Source: Candidatus Micrarchaeia archaeon | Lineage (GTDB): Archaea; Micrarchaeota; Micrarchaeia; Burarchaeales; Fermentimicrarchaeaceae | DNA length: 64,000 bases | Reading direction: 5' to 3' | Assembly: GCA_038871515.1 (NCBI GenBank) | Contig: JAVZHX010000001.1 | Location: 96,001 to 160,000 of the forward strand | The notes under the pieces: generated by a model | What the model saw: the letters and a program-made list of their open reading frames with translations, nothing else | The model's database searches: none | What the model was told of the DNA's origin: nothing | Shown: one piece after another, positions 44,039 through 52,803 of the stretch | How the letters are laid out: the number at the start of each line of letters is the position of its first letter | How positions within the stretch are numbered: position 1 is the first letter of the stretch | Program-made: the position numbers and the translations under genes

Positions 44039-47000
44039 ACGGAAGTGAAATTTTCAAGGAGTTCAAGGAGTATTCGGTAGTGGAATTCTTCAAGAAGAAC
44101 AGGCAGATGCTTGGTTTTGCGGGGAAGGTTCGCTCCCTCACAACAATCATCCATGAGTATACAACCAACAGTGTTACATATGATACCCCAACAGTGATAA
44201 TGGTTGATGGTAGAGTGAGAATAGAGAAAATTGGCAAGTTTGTTGATGAGTTGATTGAGAGAAATGGGGGACGGGTAGATGTAAATGGCGATGTTGAGTC
44301 GGTAAGACAGCTTGGTGATAATTATAAAGTTCTGTGTTTTGATAGGAATACGCTAAAACTTGCTTTTAAACCGATGAAATCCGCCCATAGGCATAGAATG
44401 GGGGAGGATGAAAAAATATTCACGATTAAAACTATTGGCGGGAGAAAAGTTGAGGTAACCAGGCACCATAGTTTATTTACGCTGAGGGGAGGGGCAGTAA
44501 CCCCTATTAGGGCAGAGGAGATATCGAAAGGGGATTATATAGTTGTGCCCGCAAGAGGATGGATAGGGGAAAAGGACAATATCAATGAGATTAATTTGAT
44601 TGAGGAAATGCTAAAACTCCCTCCGGAAGAAACAGAAAAGATTGGTATATATGGAGTCAAAAAGATACTCTACTCAAATTCGTATTTGAAGAACAAGATA
44701 AAGAGTCAACTTTTAAAGAAAGACAGAGAGAATACTTTTTACGCTTGTTATATGCAGTGTGATAGATTACCCATAAATCTAATTAGATGTCTAAGCAGGG
44801 AGGAACGGGAAGCTTTCTATGGTTGTAAAATAGGTTTCAAGAAAGGAAAGCACCTCTTGGAAAATTATATAAAAGTGAATGAGGATTTGGCAAGATTCTT
44901 GGGCATATTCACTGCAGAGGGCTCAGTAAGAACTAATCTTGGGCAGTCTGTTTTGTCTTTTGGTGCTAGGGAGAGCGAGTTGATAGGATTTAGTGCGAAA
45001 TTGGTGAGTAAAATTTTTGGCGTAAATGCATCCATTACGCGCGCTCATAAAACTGCAGTGAATGTAGTTGTAACTAGTAAAATAGTGGCTTTTGTGCTGA
45101 GTAAGATATTTGGATATGGACACTCCGCAAAGGATAAAATAATCCCGGAGATCGTGTTTAATCTTAGCAGGGAAAAGGTTAGAGAATTTTTGTATGGTTA
45201 TCTTTGCGGCGATGGTTGTCCATCGGAACTATTATTGGATGTATTATTCCATAGAACTTCTCTTGAAGAGAGAAGCCTAAAAATAACTGCTGCCACTGCG
45301 AGTGAAAAGCTGGCAGTTCATCTATTGTATCTTCTATCAGCATTGGGCTACTCTCCTTACATCCAGAAAAAACCTGCAGCAGTTAGATTGGTTAATGGCA
45401 ACAAAGCGAAGTTTGGCGAATCTTATATAATAGAATTCTGGACTAAACAGATATTGAGTCCTCTCAATTTCTATCCCCTGAAAGAAGGCGGAGTAAACGA
45501 TGTACACGAGTTTAGACTTAAATGGGCCGTTACAAATAGGGGGCAGCAGGTAGTTCTGATTGACAAAATTCCCTCCCTCTCAAAGCAAGCTACGGTATCG
45601 GAAGATGCTTTAAGATTCTGCAACAGTGACCTACGAGTTTTACAGGTGAAAGAGATTGAGATAAGAAATGCAAATAGCGATGAGTATGTTTACGACTACT
45701 CTGTGGAGGGAGATGAGAATTTTGTTGGTGGGTACGGTCCAATTTGCCTGCACAACTCTTTTGATGCGTGTGAAGAGGCAGGTATACTTCCAGATATTTT
45801 TGTGAAAATTGATGAGCTTCCTGATGGACACGTGAAAGTTTTGATTCAGGATAATGGGCCTGGCATACCCAAGGATTACCTTGGGAAGGCAATGGGAATG
45901 ATGCTTGCTGGTACGAAGTTTCATAGGTATATGCAGCAGAGGGGGCAGCAGGGAATTGGAGGGGCTGGCTGCACCCTCTTCTCTCAGATAACAACGGGGA
46001 AGGCAACAAAGATGCGTTCTGGTTTAGGTGATGGGAAGGTGTATGAGTGCGAGATGAAAATTGATGTGAAAAACAACCAGCCAGTCATATCAAACTTCAA
46101 CGAGTTTATGGGAAACTTCAGGGGTTTGAGAATTGAGGCGGAGTTCGCTGATGTGAAATACGATAAGAGCGAGCATGGCGTTTATGAGTATTTGAGAAGA
46201 ACTGCGATGGCAAACCCGCATGGACAGATTACTTTTATAGAGCCAACTGGGGAGAAGCACATTTTTCCAAGAGCATCTGACAAAATTCCCGAAAAGCCTG
46301 TTGAGATACAACCCCATCCGCTTGGGGTGACAACAGGTGATTTGATTGACATGGCGCACAGAACTGACTCAAGAAAGCTCTCCTCATTTTTGGTGAACAC
46401 TTTTTCAAGGATGAGCTCCGCAAAAGTTGAGGAGCTTGCGAAGCTTGTGCCAACTGTGAACTTTGAGAAAAACCCGAAGGATTTGAAATGGGGTGAAGCA
46501 GAAGCAATAGTGAATGCGATAAGGACGATGAAGTGGATTGCGCCGCCAACCGATGCGCTGAGGCCGATTGGCTCTGACCAGATTGAGAAAGCATTGAAAA
46601 ACATACTTAATCCGGAGTTTATTTCTGTGAGCAGCAGGAAGCCAAAAGTTTACAGGGGAGGAGTTCCATTCATGGTGGAAGCTGCAATTGCATACGGAGG
46701 AAACGCTGGAAGGGAGAGGAATGATGGGACGAGAGGAGGCGATATAATAAGGTATGCAAATAGGGTTCCACTGATGTTTGATGGTGGTTCATGCGCGATA
46801 ACTGAAGCTGTGAGGAGCATTGATTGGAAGAGGTATGATATAAAGGATTTTGAGAATGAGCCAGTGACTGTTTTTGCAAATTTTGTCTCGGTGCACGTTC
46901 CGTATACTGGGACGGGGAAGCAGGCGATAGTTGCAGAGGATGAAATTGTCTCTGAGATAAGGTATGCGATAATGGAGGTTGCGAGGGATTTGCAGATTTA

Positions 47001-47241
47001 TCTCAGAGGGAAAATAAAGGAGATGGATAGGGAGACGAAGAAGAAGATTATAATGAGGTATGTGAAGCAGCTTTCATTTGACTTGGGTGAGCTTGCTGGG
47101 GTGGAGAATCCATCTAAAATTGAGGAGGAGCTTCGCAGGATTATTGAAACCAAGTATGAGAAAATAGAGGGAGAGGTGGAGGAGGCTGTTGAGAAGGTTG
47201 AGGAGGAGGTGGAGGGTGAGGAGAATGAAAAAGAGGAGTGA
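44023..47241 (+). CDS. top6B: DNA topoisomerase VI subunit B, intein-containing precursor
   Basis: SVVEFF-KNRQMLGF, N-box HEYTTN|SFDACEEAGILP, DNGPGI, GTKFH, RGQQGIG, RYANRVPL. Confidence 0.96.
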   Translation: MGDEVNGSEIFKEFKEYSVVEFFKKNRQMLGFAGKVRSLTTIIHEYTTNSVTYDTPTVIMVDGRVRIEKIGKFVDELIERNGGRVDVNGDVESVRQLGDNYKVLCFDRNTLKLAFKPMKSAHRHRMGEDEKIFTIKTIGGRKVEVTRHHSLFTLRGGAVTPIRAEEISKGDYIVVPARGWIGEKDNINEINLIEEMLKLPPEETEKIGIYGVKKILYSNSYLKNKIKSQLLKKDRENTFYACYMQCDRLPINLIRCLSREEREAFYGCKIGFKKGKHLLENYIKVNEDLARFLGIFTAEGSVRTNLGQSVLSFGARESELIGFSAKLVSKIFGVNASITRAHKTAVNVVVTSKIVAFVLSKIFGYGHSAKDKIIPEIVFNLSREKVREFLYGYLCGDGCPSELLLDVLFHRTSLEERSLKITAATASEKLAVHLLYLLSALGYSPYIQKKPAAVRLVNGNKAKFGESYIIEFWTKQILSPLNFYPLKEGGVNDVHEFRLKWAVTNRGQQVVLIDKIPSLSKQATVSEDALRFCNSDLRVLQVKEIEIRNANSDEYVYDYSVEGDENFVGGYGPICLHNSFDACEEAGILPDIFVKIDELPDGHVKVLIQDNGPGIPKDYLGKAMGMMLAGTKFHRYMQQRGQQGIGGAGCTLFSQITTGKATKMRSGLGDGKVYECEMKIDVKNNQPVISNFNEFMGNFRGLRIEAEFADVKYDKSEHGVYEYLRRTAMANPHGQITFIEPTGEKHIFPRASDKIPEKPVEIQPHPLGVTTGDLIDMAHRTDSRKLSSFLVNTFSRMSSAKVEELAKLVPTVNFEKNPKDLKWGEAEAIVNAIRTMKWIAPPTDALRPIGSDQIEKALKNILNPEFISVSSRKPKVYRGGVPFMVEAAIAYGGNAGRERNDGTRGGDIIRYANRVPLMFDGGSCAITEAVRSIDWKRYDIKDFENEPVTVFANFVSVHVPYTGTGKQAIVAEDEIVSEIRYAIMEVARDLQIYLRGKIKEMDRETKKKIIMRYVKQLSFDLGELAGVENPSKIEEELRRIIETKYEKIEGEVEEAVEKVEEEVEGEENEKEE
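44170..45756 (+). mobile_element. Intein (529 aa) with LAGLIDADG homing endonuclease in Topo VI-B
   Basis: TTN|SVTYDT...VTRHHSLF...YVYDYSVEGDENF...LHN|SFDA; LAGLIDADG-like FLGIFTAEG and FLYGYLCGDG. Confidence 0.95.
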
Positions 47242-48337
47242 GGATAGCTCTGAAGTTATAAAAAAGCTTGAGGAGCTTGGGGAGCAGATGATTTCTGAAA
47301 TAAAGAATGGGGAGTCTCCAAAGTTTGAGTGCTTGTTGAGGAGCAGGGGGAATGTTTTCTATGATGAGAAGAGTGGTTACATAAAGCTAGGTGACAAAAA
47401 GGAGGTTAGAACTTTTCTGAATGTAGGGCAGGCGAAGAAGTTCATGCAGACAGTTGCGGTTGCAGCGAAATGCAAGAAATTCTTGAAGGAGAATTCCCAT
47501 ACGAGTATAAGGGGTTTGTTCTACCAGCTGAAGTTCACGCTTGGGGAGGATGTGGAGGAGGAGCTTTTCTCAGAGCAGAGCGAGAGCAACCCGCTTGTTG
47601 AGGATTTGGAGGTTGCGCTGAATGTGAAGAGGGAGGATTTGAATTTGAATACGGATAGGAAGGGAGTTGTTGCGGGCAACCTTGTTTTAAAGGATAAGTT
47701 TGGGGGGGAGGTTAATGAGATAGATTGCTCAAAGCAAGGAAGGAGCGGTTGGATGATTCCAAGCGATGTGGATAATGGGATGGAGTTCGTTGATGTAAAC
47801 GCAGATTTTGTGCTTGTGGTTGAGAAAGATGCTCTCTGGCAGAGGTTGAATGAGGATAAGTTTTGGAAGAAGGAGAACTGCATACTGATAACACCAAAGG
47901 GGCAGTCATCAAGGGGATGCAGAAGATTGATAAGGAAGCTTGCGGATATGAAGCTGCCGGTTTACTGCTTCACGGACTGCGATGCGTGGGGCTGGTATAT
48001 CTACTGGACGATTAAGACTGGGAGCATGAATCTTGCTTATCTTGGAGGCGATATTGCAACTCCTGAGGCGAAGTTCATTGGAGTTACTATGAGGGATATT
48101 GTGGATTATGATTTCCTTGGGAAGTTGACAATAAGGACAAAGGATGTTGATTTGAAGAGAGCTGAGGAGATGCTTACCTACCCTTGGATAACTGCGCACA
48201 AGGAGTGGGTGGAGGAGCTGAAAACAGTGTTGGCAACGAAGAAGAAGCTTGAGCAGGACGCGCTGCAGGGACCACGTTTGTCTTTCGTTGGTGATTATAT
48301 AAGGGAGAAAATTGAGAAGAAGAAGTTCCTGCCGTAG
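47225..48337 (+). CDS. top6A: DNA topoisomerase VI subunit A
   Basis: SIRGLFYQ (catalytic Tyr), F-EQ-ES, toprim VEKDA, KGQ, DCDAWG, KLEQDAL. Start at ATG 47225. Confidence 0.96.
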   Translation: MKKRSEDSSEVIKKLEELGEQMISEIKNGESPKFECLLRSRGNVFYDEKSGYIKLGDKKEVRTFLNVGQAKKFMQTVAVAAKCKKFLKENSHTSIRGLFYQLKFTLGEDVEEELFSEQSESNPLVEDLEVALNVKREDLNLNTDRKGVVAGNLVLKDKFGGEVNEIDCSKQGRSGWMIPSDVDNGMEFVDVNADFVLVVEKDALWQRLNEDKFWKKENCILITPKGQSSRGCRRLIRKLADMKLPVYCFTDCDAWGWYIYWTIKTGSMNLAYLGGDIATPEAKFIGVTMRDIVDYDFLGKLTIRTKDVDLKRAEEMLTYPWITAHKEWVEELKTVLATKKKLEQDALQGPRLSFVGDYIREKIEKKKFLP

Positions 48338-48338
48338 G

Positions 48339-48346
48339 TTTAAATA
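48339..48346 (+). promoter_or_regulatory. Probable TATA box of tRNA-Asn
   Basis: TTTAAATA about 25 nt upstream of the tRNA 5' end. Confidence 0.55.
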
Positions 48347-48370
48347 TTTCAGTTTCCTAAATTCAACCAA

Positions 48371-48469
48371 GCCCCGATAGCTCAGTTGGTAGAGCGACTG
48401 TCGATTGGTCGAAGCTGTTAACCAACTGCGGAAACCAGTAGGTCGTCGGTTCAAGTCCGACTCGGGGCG
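48371..48469 (+). tRNA. tRNA-Asn(GTT) with two 13-nt introns (30/31: 48401-48413; 37/38: 48421-48433)
   Basis: ACTG[TCGATTGGTCGAA]G-CT-GTT-A[ACCAACTGCGGAA]A-CCAGT; removing both gives ACTGG-CTGTTAA-CCAGT. Acceptor GCCCCGA/TCGGGGC. Confidence 0.9.
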
Positions 48470-48517
48470 CATTCCAAAAAGAAATCTATTTTTAACTCTT
48501 TCACATAAAAGTAATTT

Positions 48518-48820
48518 ATGAAGTGCGATTACTGCAAGAAAGTTTCAGATGAGCTTCCGTATAAATGCAAGTTCTGCAGCGGTATCTTCTGCTCAGACCA
48601 CAGACTGCCTGAGAACCATGACTGCATTGGCTTGGAGAGATACAAGGATGTGAAGCACGTTGAGTTCAAGAAAGATGTTGTGAAAGCTGCAAGGGAGTAC
48701 GACACAAAAATAAAAACATATGCAAGAAGAGGGATTGAAATAAAACAAATTCTTCTTTACATAGTTATACTCATAATACTGCTTTTCATACTTTACTACA
48801 TATGGAACTTCCTCCTGTAG
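48518..48820 (+). CDS. AN1-type zinc finger protein with C-terminal TM anchor
   Basis: CDYC...[23 protein letters not shown]; hydrophobic tail. Confidence 0.88.
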   Translation: [100 protein letters not shown]

Positions 48821-48866
48821 GAATAGGAATATAAATTAAAAACTCCAAAAATTCTAAGTTGATGGG

Positions 48867-49652
48867 ATGGCAAGGCAGAAAAGGGAGAAAGTTGACAGAA
48901 ACCTCACTTACGAGGAAATTGTGGAGCGACTGGGAGAAGACGAGGATGTGAGCTTTGAGAGAATTGGGGATACGATAATACTGAGGAGAAAGGAGCCTGA
49001 GGAGGTTCCAGAGCCCCAGCCCGAGCTTCCAGTTGAATTCAAAAAGGAGCTTGATGAGGCTGAGAGGAAGCTCCTTCTTGTCAAAAGAGAGATAGAGAAG
49101 AGGAAAGTTGGAAAGATTGTAAAGAAGGATTATCAGGAGCTTGACGCTGCTTTTGCGAGGATGGAGGAGAGGTTGATTGCTTTGGAGAAGGAGTTAAGGG
49201 GTTTGAGAGTGGAGCTTGGTTATTTAAGGGGAGTTGTTTACGATAAAATGAAAGCTGAAAAAGTTGAGGAGCCGAAAGTTAAGGAAGTTGCTGTTGGAGA
49301 GGAGAAACAACTTCAGCTTGTTCAGGATGATATACCGGAGATAAAGTTTGAGGAAACAAAAATAGGTGGGTTGGGCTTGCTGGCAAGCACCCTTTCCAAT
49401 ATATACAACTCCTTGTTCCTTGGCGCACAGGAGGAGAGGGATGTTTACAAGGAGTTTCAGAAGAAACTATTCCTCCTTGTTAGAAGCCAGCCGAGAAGTT
49501 TGGATGAAATTGCTGAGGGAACTGGGGAGAATAAGGCGAACTGTTTAATCTGGTTAACAAGGATGGTGGATGAGGGTTTGTTGGAAGAGGTGAAGGGAGC
49601 AGAGGGATATGGAAAGAGAATTTACCGAATAGTTTGGGAGAAGGTTCAGTAA
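48867..49652 (+). CDS. Hypothetical protein: coiled coil plus C-terminal winged HTH
   Basis: Heptad-rich middle region; RSLDEIAEGTG...LTRMVDEGLLEE...IYRI. Confidence 0.65.
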   Translation: MARQKREKVDRNLTYEEIVERLGEDEDVSFERIGDTIILRRKEPEEVPEPQPELPVEFKKELDEAERKLLLVKREIEKRKVGKIVKKDYQELDAAFARMEERLIALEKELRGLRVELGYLRGVVYDKMKAEKVEEPKVKEVAVGEEKQLQLVQDDIPEIKFEETKIGGLGLLASTLSNIYNSLFLGAQEERDVYKEFQKKLFLLVRSQPRSLDEIAEGTGENKANCLIWLTRMVDEGLLEEVKGAEGYGKRIYRIVWEKVQ

Positions 49653-50854
49653 ACCCATCCGATTCTCTCCCCAATTCTTATTAACTCATTGAATTTCGCA
49701 TTTCTCTCCCCACCAATTACATTTGTTTTAAGCATTCTGCATCCATGAGCAACTGCAACGTGAGAAATTGCACTGTCACAGGTTTCCCCAGAGCGGTGGG
49801 ATGCAATGCAAGTGTAGTTGTTCTGCTTCGCATACCTGACAGTTTCCTCAACCTGCGTGAGAGTGCCAATCTGATTTGGTTTTATTATCAACGCATTGCA
49901 TGCTTTCATCCTCACTCCTCTCTCAAGCCTTTTCCTGTTTGTCACAAACAAATCATCCCCGCATATTATGCATTTTGCTTTGCTTGTTAGCTCGGCAAAC
50001 CCCTCAAAATCCTCCTCGTGCAACGCATCCTCAACGAAAACTAACTTATATTTTCTTATCAGCTCAAGCACAAACTCAATCTGCTCCCCTCTGTCAAGCT
50101 TTCTTTTATCCACCTCGTAAACGTATTTTCCATCCTCAAAAAATGAGCTTGCAGCCAAATCCAAACCAACAGCAACTTCAACTCCAAACTCTGAGGAGAC
50201 GCTCTCGCATGCTTCAGAAAGAATTTCAAGCGCCTCCTCTGTTTTCAGCTTTGCAACCCACCCAGATTCATCATCCCTCCCCAAGCTTGCTCCTCTCTCT
50301 TTAAGCTTCTCCTTAACTTTCTTGTGAACAGCAACGTTTGCCTGCAGAGCGGGGTAGAGCTTTTTTGCATTTACTGGAACAACAAGAAACTCCTGAATGT
50401 CGCAGGAGTTCACCGCGTGCTTCCCTCCCCCAATAATTTTGCTTAGGGGAAGGGGGAAGTTCCTCCCATCCCCAAGAATCTCAAAGAGCTGCTTTCCCTG
50501 AAAGTTTGCTGATGCTTTTGCGCATGCTGTTGAGATTGCAATTGCGGTGTTGCCACCAAGCTTTGAAAAATTATCAGTTCCATCAGCTTCCCTTATTATT
50601 GAATCAATTTTTCTCTGCTGTGTTACATCAACTCCAATCAGCTTTGGCAGAAGATTTGCTTTTGCAAACTCAATTGAATCATCAACTCCTTTCGGGTAGG
50701 CAACTGCCTCATACTTTCCAACAGACGCGCCGCTTGGCGCAGAGCACCTTCCAAAAAAAGAATCACCAACCACTTCGCACTCAACTGAAAAATTACCTCG
50801 TGAATCAAGTATCTTTCTCAGTTTTATTTCCTTAATTTCATTCACTTCCACCAC
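49646..50854 (-). CDS. eno: Enolase
   Basis: ILDSRGN, APSGAS-G-EA, IQEFL, DLAAS, GDDLFVTN, IKPNQIGTL, SHRSGET. Confidence 0.97.
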   Translation of the reverse strand: MVEVNEIKEIKLRKILDSRGNFSVECEVVGDSFFGRCSAPSGASVGKYEAVAYPKGVDDSIEFAKANLLPKLIGVDVTQQRKIDSIIREADGTDNFSKLGGNTAIAISTACAKASANFQGKQLFEILGDGRNFPLPLSKIIGGGKHAVNSCDIQEFLVVPVNAKKLYPALQANVAVHKKVKEKLKERGASLGRDDESGWVAKLKTEEALEILSEACESVSSEFGVEVAVGLDLAASSFFEDGKYVYEVDKRKLDRGEQIEFVLELIRKYKLVFVEDALHEEDFEGFAELTSKAKCIICGDDLFVTNRKRLERGVRMKACNALIIKPNQIGTLTQVEETVRYAKQNNYTCIASHRSGETCDSAISHVAVAHGCRMLKTNVIGGERNAKFNELIRIGERIGWVY

Positions 50855-51173
50855 CCTGCAGCTTGATTATTGCATCGGCAATGTTGCCGTTGCACTCACG
50901 CAGCATTTCCTCGGCTTTCTCACGCGCTGCGCCTGTTTTTTCCATAACAAGCTTCACATCATCCTCCTTTATCAACTGCTTCTCCTCAACCTTCCCAGTT
51001 ACCTGAAAGCTCCTCTGCCCCCTCATTGAAATTTCAATCACCTGCGGTTGCATTATAACTATCTGGCTTCCTTCTTTCTCTATAACAACTCTATCTGCTT
51101 TTATCTCCTGGCTCTTTATTCCCATCTGCTCCATCATCCTCTGCATCTGCTTTGGGTTGACTCCTGGCAACAT
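50838..51173 (-). CDS. nac: Nascent polypeptide-associated complex protein
   Basis: NPKQMQRMMEQMGI, FQVTG, UBA-like DVKLVME...GNIADAI. Confidence 0.94.
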   Translation of the reverse strand: MLPGVNPKQMQRMMEQMGIKSQEIKADRVVIEKEGSQIVIMQPQVIEISMRGQRSFQVTGKVEEKQLIKEDDVKLVMEKTGAAREKAEEMLRECNGNIADAIIKLQGGGSE

Positions 51174-51211
51174 GTAACCACAAGTATATTACAGAAACAG
51201 CATTTATAAAT

Positions 51212-51793
51212 TCATGATGCGGTGCTTCCCGCAATTTCAGTTTTCCTTACCTCAATTCTCTTTATTGGGCATATTTTCTTTAGTTTATTGAAAAGGTGAG
51301 CGGAAAACTTTCCAAACACTATCTCCTGGATGAGCTGCTGGCTGTCAAGCTCCTTCGCTCTGTTTATCATCTCCTCCCTTGAGTTTTTTCTCAAATCGGT
51401 TCTCGCAGAGGAGCTCACCCTCTTTGCTGTGAAAATCTGCAGCTTCAACCTCATCTTCACTCCATCCTTCGTTTCAACGTCAACAACTTCTCCAACAACA
51501 TCCCTCCTCCTTCTCACAAGTGTTTTCAAATAGCTCGGTGATATCTCATGCCCAACAAACGTTGTGTATGCAGTTTTCCCTTTCACATCATTCACTTTGA
51601 ATTTCAGTGAAACATATGAGTGGCTTATATCCCCAGTTAAATCAGAAAGGCTCACCTCAACAACTCTGTTGAGGAGCTTTGAGTCCTCGGTTGCAGGAAT
51701 CTGCCCTATTTCCTTATTCTCAAAAATCTGCGGAGCAAGAACTGTATACCAGGTTTTGCTCTTCCAAACATCAACAATTTTTGCCTTTGCCAT
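51212..51793 (-). CDS. rps3ae: 30S ribosomal protein S3Ae
   Basis: W-SKTWY-V-AP, R-VEVSL-DLTGD, LVRRR, ICPIKRIEVRK. Confidence 0.96.
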   Translation of the reverse strand: MAKAKIVDVWKSKTWYTVLAPQIFENKEIGQIPATEDSKLLNRVVEVSLSDLTGDISHSYVSLKFKVNDVKGKTAYTTFVGHEISPSYLKTLVRRRRDVVGEVVDVETKDGVKMRLKLQIFTAKRVSSSARTDLRKNSREEMINRAKELDSQQLIQEIVFGKFSAHLFNKLKKICPIKRIEVRKTEIAGSTAS

Positions 51794-51797
51794 TCAA

Positions 51798-52253
51798 TTA
51801 CCTCACAAGCAGGGCAGCCTGTTCTGGCTCATACTTCCAATCCTTCGGAAGCTCGCCTCTTTTTCTGTAGAATTTCACAAGGCGTTTTATCTTTGACTCA
51901 ATATGCGTCAGCTTCACCCTGTTCGCCACATCTCCTTTATTTGTTTTCAGATGCTTCCTCATGTTAACCGCTTTCTTAATCAAATTCAGCAAATCATCTG
52001 GATACTGGGGAGTTAACCCGTGCTCCTTCAGAATTTTCTTTATTGACTTGCCAGTGACAATTTCAACGCTCGGCACCCCATACTGATCCCTGAGCTTCTG
52101 CCCAATAGCTGCAGCCTGCATGCCCTCTTTATGCATTTTCACAACAAGAGTTTCAACATCCTGCGGGCTCAGCTCAACCCACTCAGGAACAACTTTCACA
52201 ACAGGTTTCTTTGAGCCGGATTTGCCCTTTCTTTTTGAATGCATCTTCGCCAT
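51798..52253 (-). CDS. rps15: 30S ribosomal protein S15 (uS15/S13e)
   Basis: MAKMHSKRKGKSGS, LRDQYGVP, PDDL-NLIKKA, ESKIKRL. Confidence 0.96.
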   Translation of the reverse strand: MAKMHSKRKGKSGSKKPVVKVVPEWVELSPQDVETLVVKMHKEGMQAAAIGQKLRDQYGVPSVEIVTGKSIKKILKEHGLTPQYPDDLLNLIKKAVNMRKHLKTNKGDVANRVKLTHIESKIKRLVKFYRKRGELPKDWKYEPEQAALLVR

Positions 52254-52255
52254 AG

Positions 52256-52801
52256 CTACACCAACCATTCAGCCATTTTTTTAAATGCTTCCCTCCTGTG
52301 GGAGCACCTCATTTTCCTCTCCACATCCTCTGCAAAGGTTTTCTCAGCACCAAGAGGTATGAATATTGGGTCATAACCAAAACCGCCTTTCCCTCTTGCT
52401 TCCTCACATATTTTTCCTTTCACCTCACCTGTGAAAACCCTTTCCTCCCTTCCATCCCACAACGCAACAGAGGATATGAATTTCGCACTTCTGTTTCTCT
52501 TCCCCTCCATCAGCTTCAATATTCCGTCATTTCCAATTTTTTTGAAAACCCAGGATGAGAGAGTTCCTGGGAATCCGTTCAGTGTTTCTATGAACAAACC
52601 CGAATCCTCAACGAAGAAAGGTTCGTTCACCTTCACGCGCAGCTCTCTGAGGCAAGCCAAAGCAACCTCAGCACAGCTTTCCGCTCTTTTCTCCTCGCAA
52701 GTTATGCTTTTGCGCTGTATAATTACGTCGTATTCTTTTAAAATCCTTTCGGCTTCTTTGAATTTATTGTAGTTGCCAGTTATGAAAAAAAGTTTCATCA
52801 C
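52256..52801 (-). CDS. Non-canonical purine NTP pyrophosphatase (RdgB/HAM1)
   Basis: TGN-NKF-E, EDSGL, GFPG, GFGYDPIF, SHR. Confidence 0.94.
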   Translation of the reverse strand: MMKLFFITGNYNKFKEAERILKEYDVIIQRKSITCEEKRAESCAEVALACLRELRVKVNEPFFVEDSGLFIETLNGFPGTLSSWVFKKIGNDGILKLMEGKRNRSAKFISSVALWDGREERVFTGEVKGKICEEARGKGGFGYDPIFIPLGAEKTFAEDVERKMRCSHRREAFKKMAEWLV

Positions 52802-52803
52802 AT

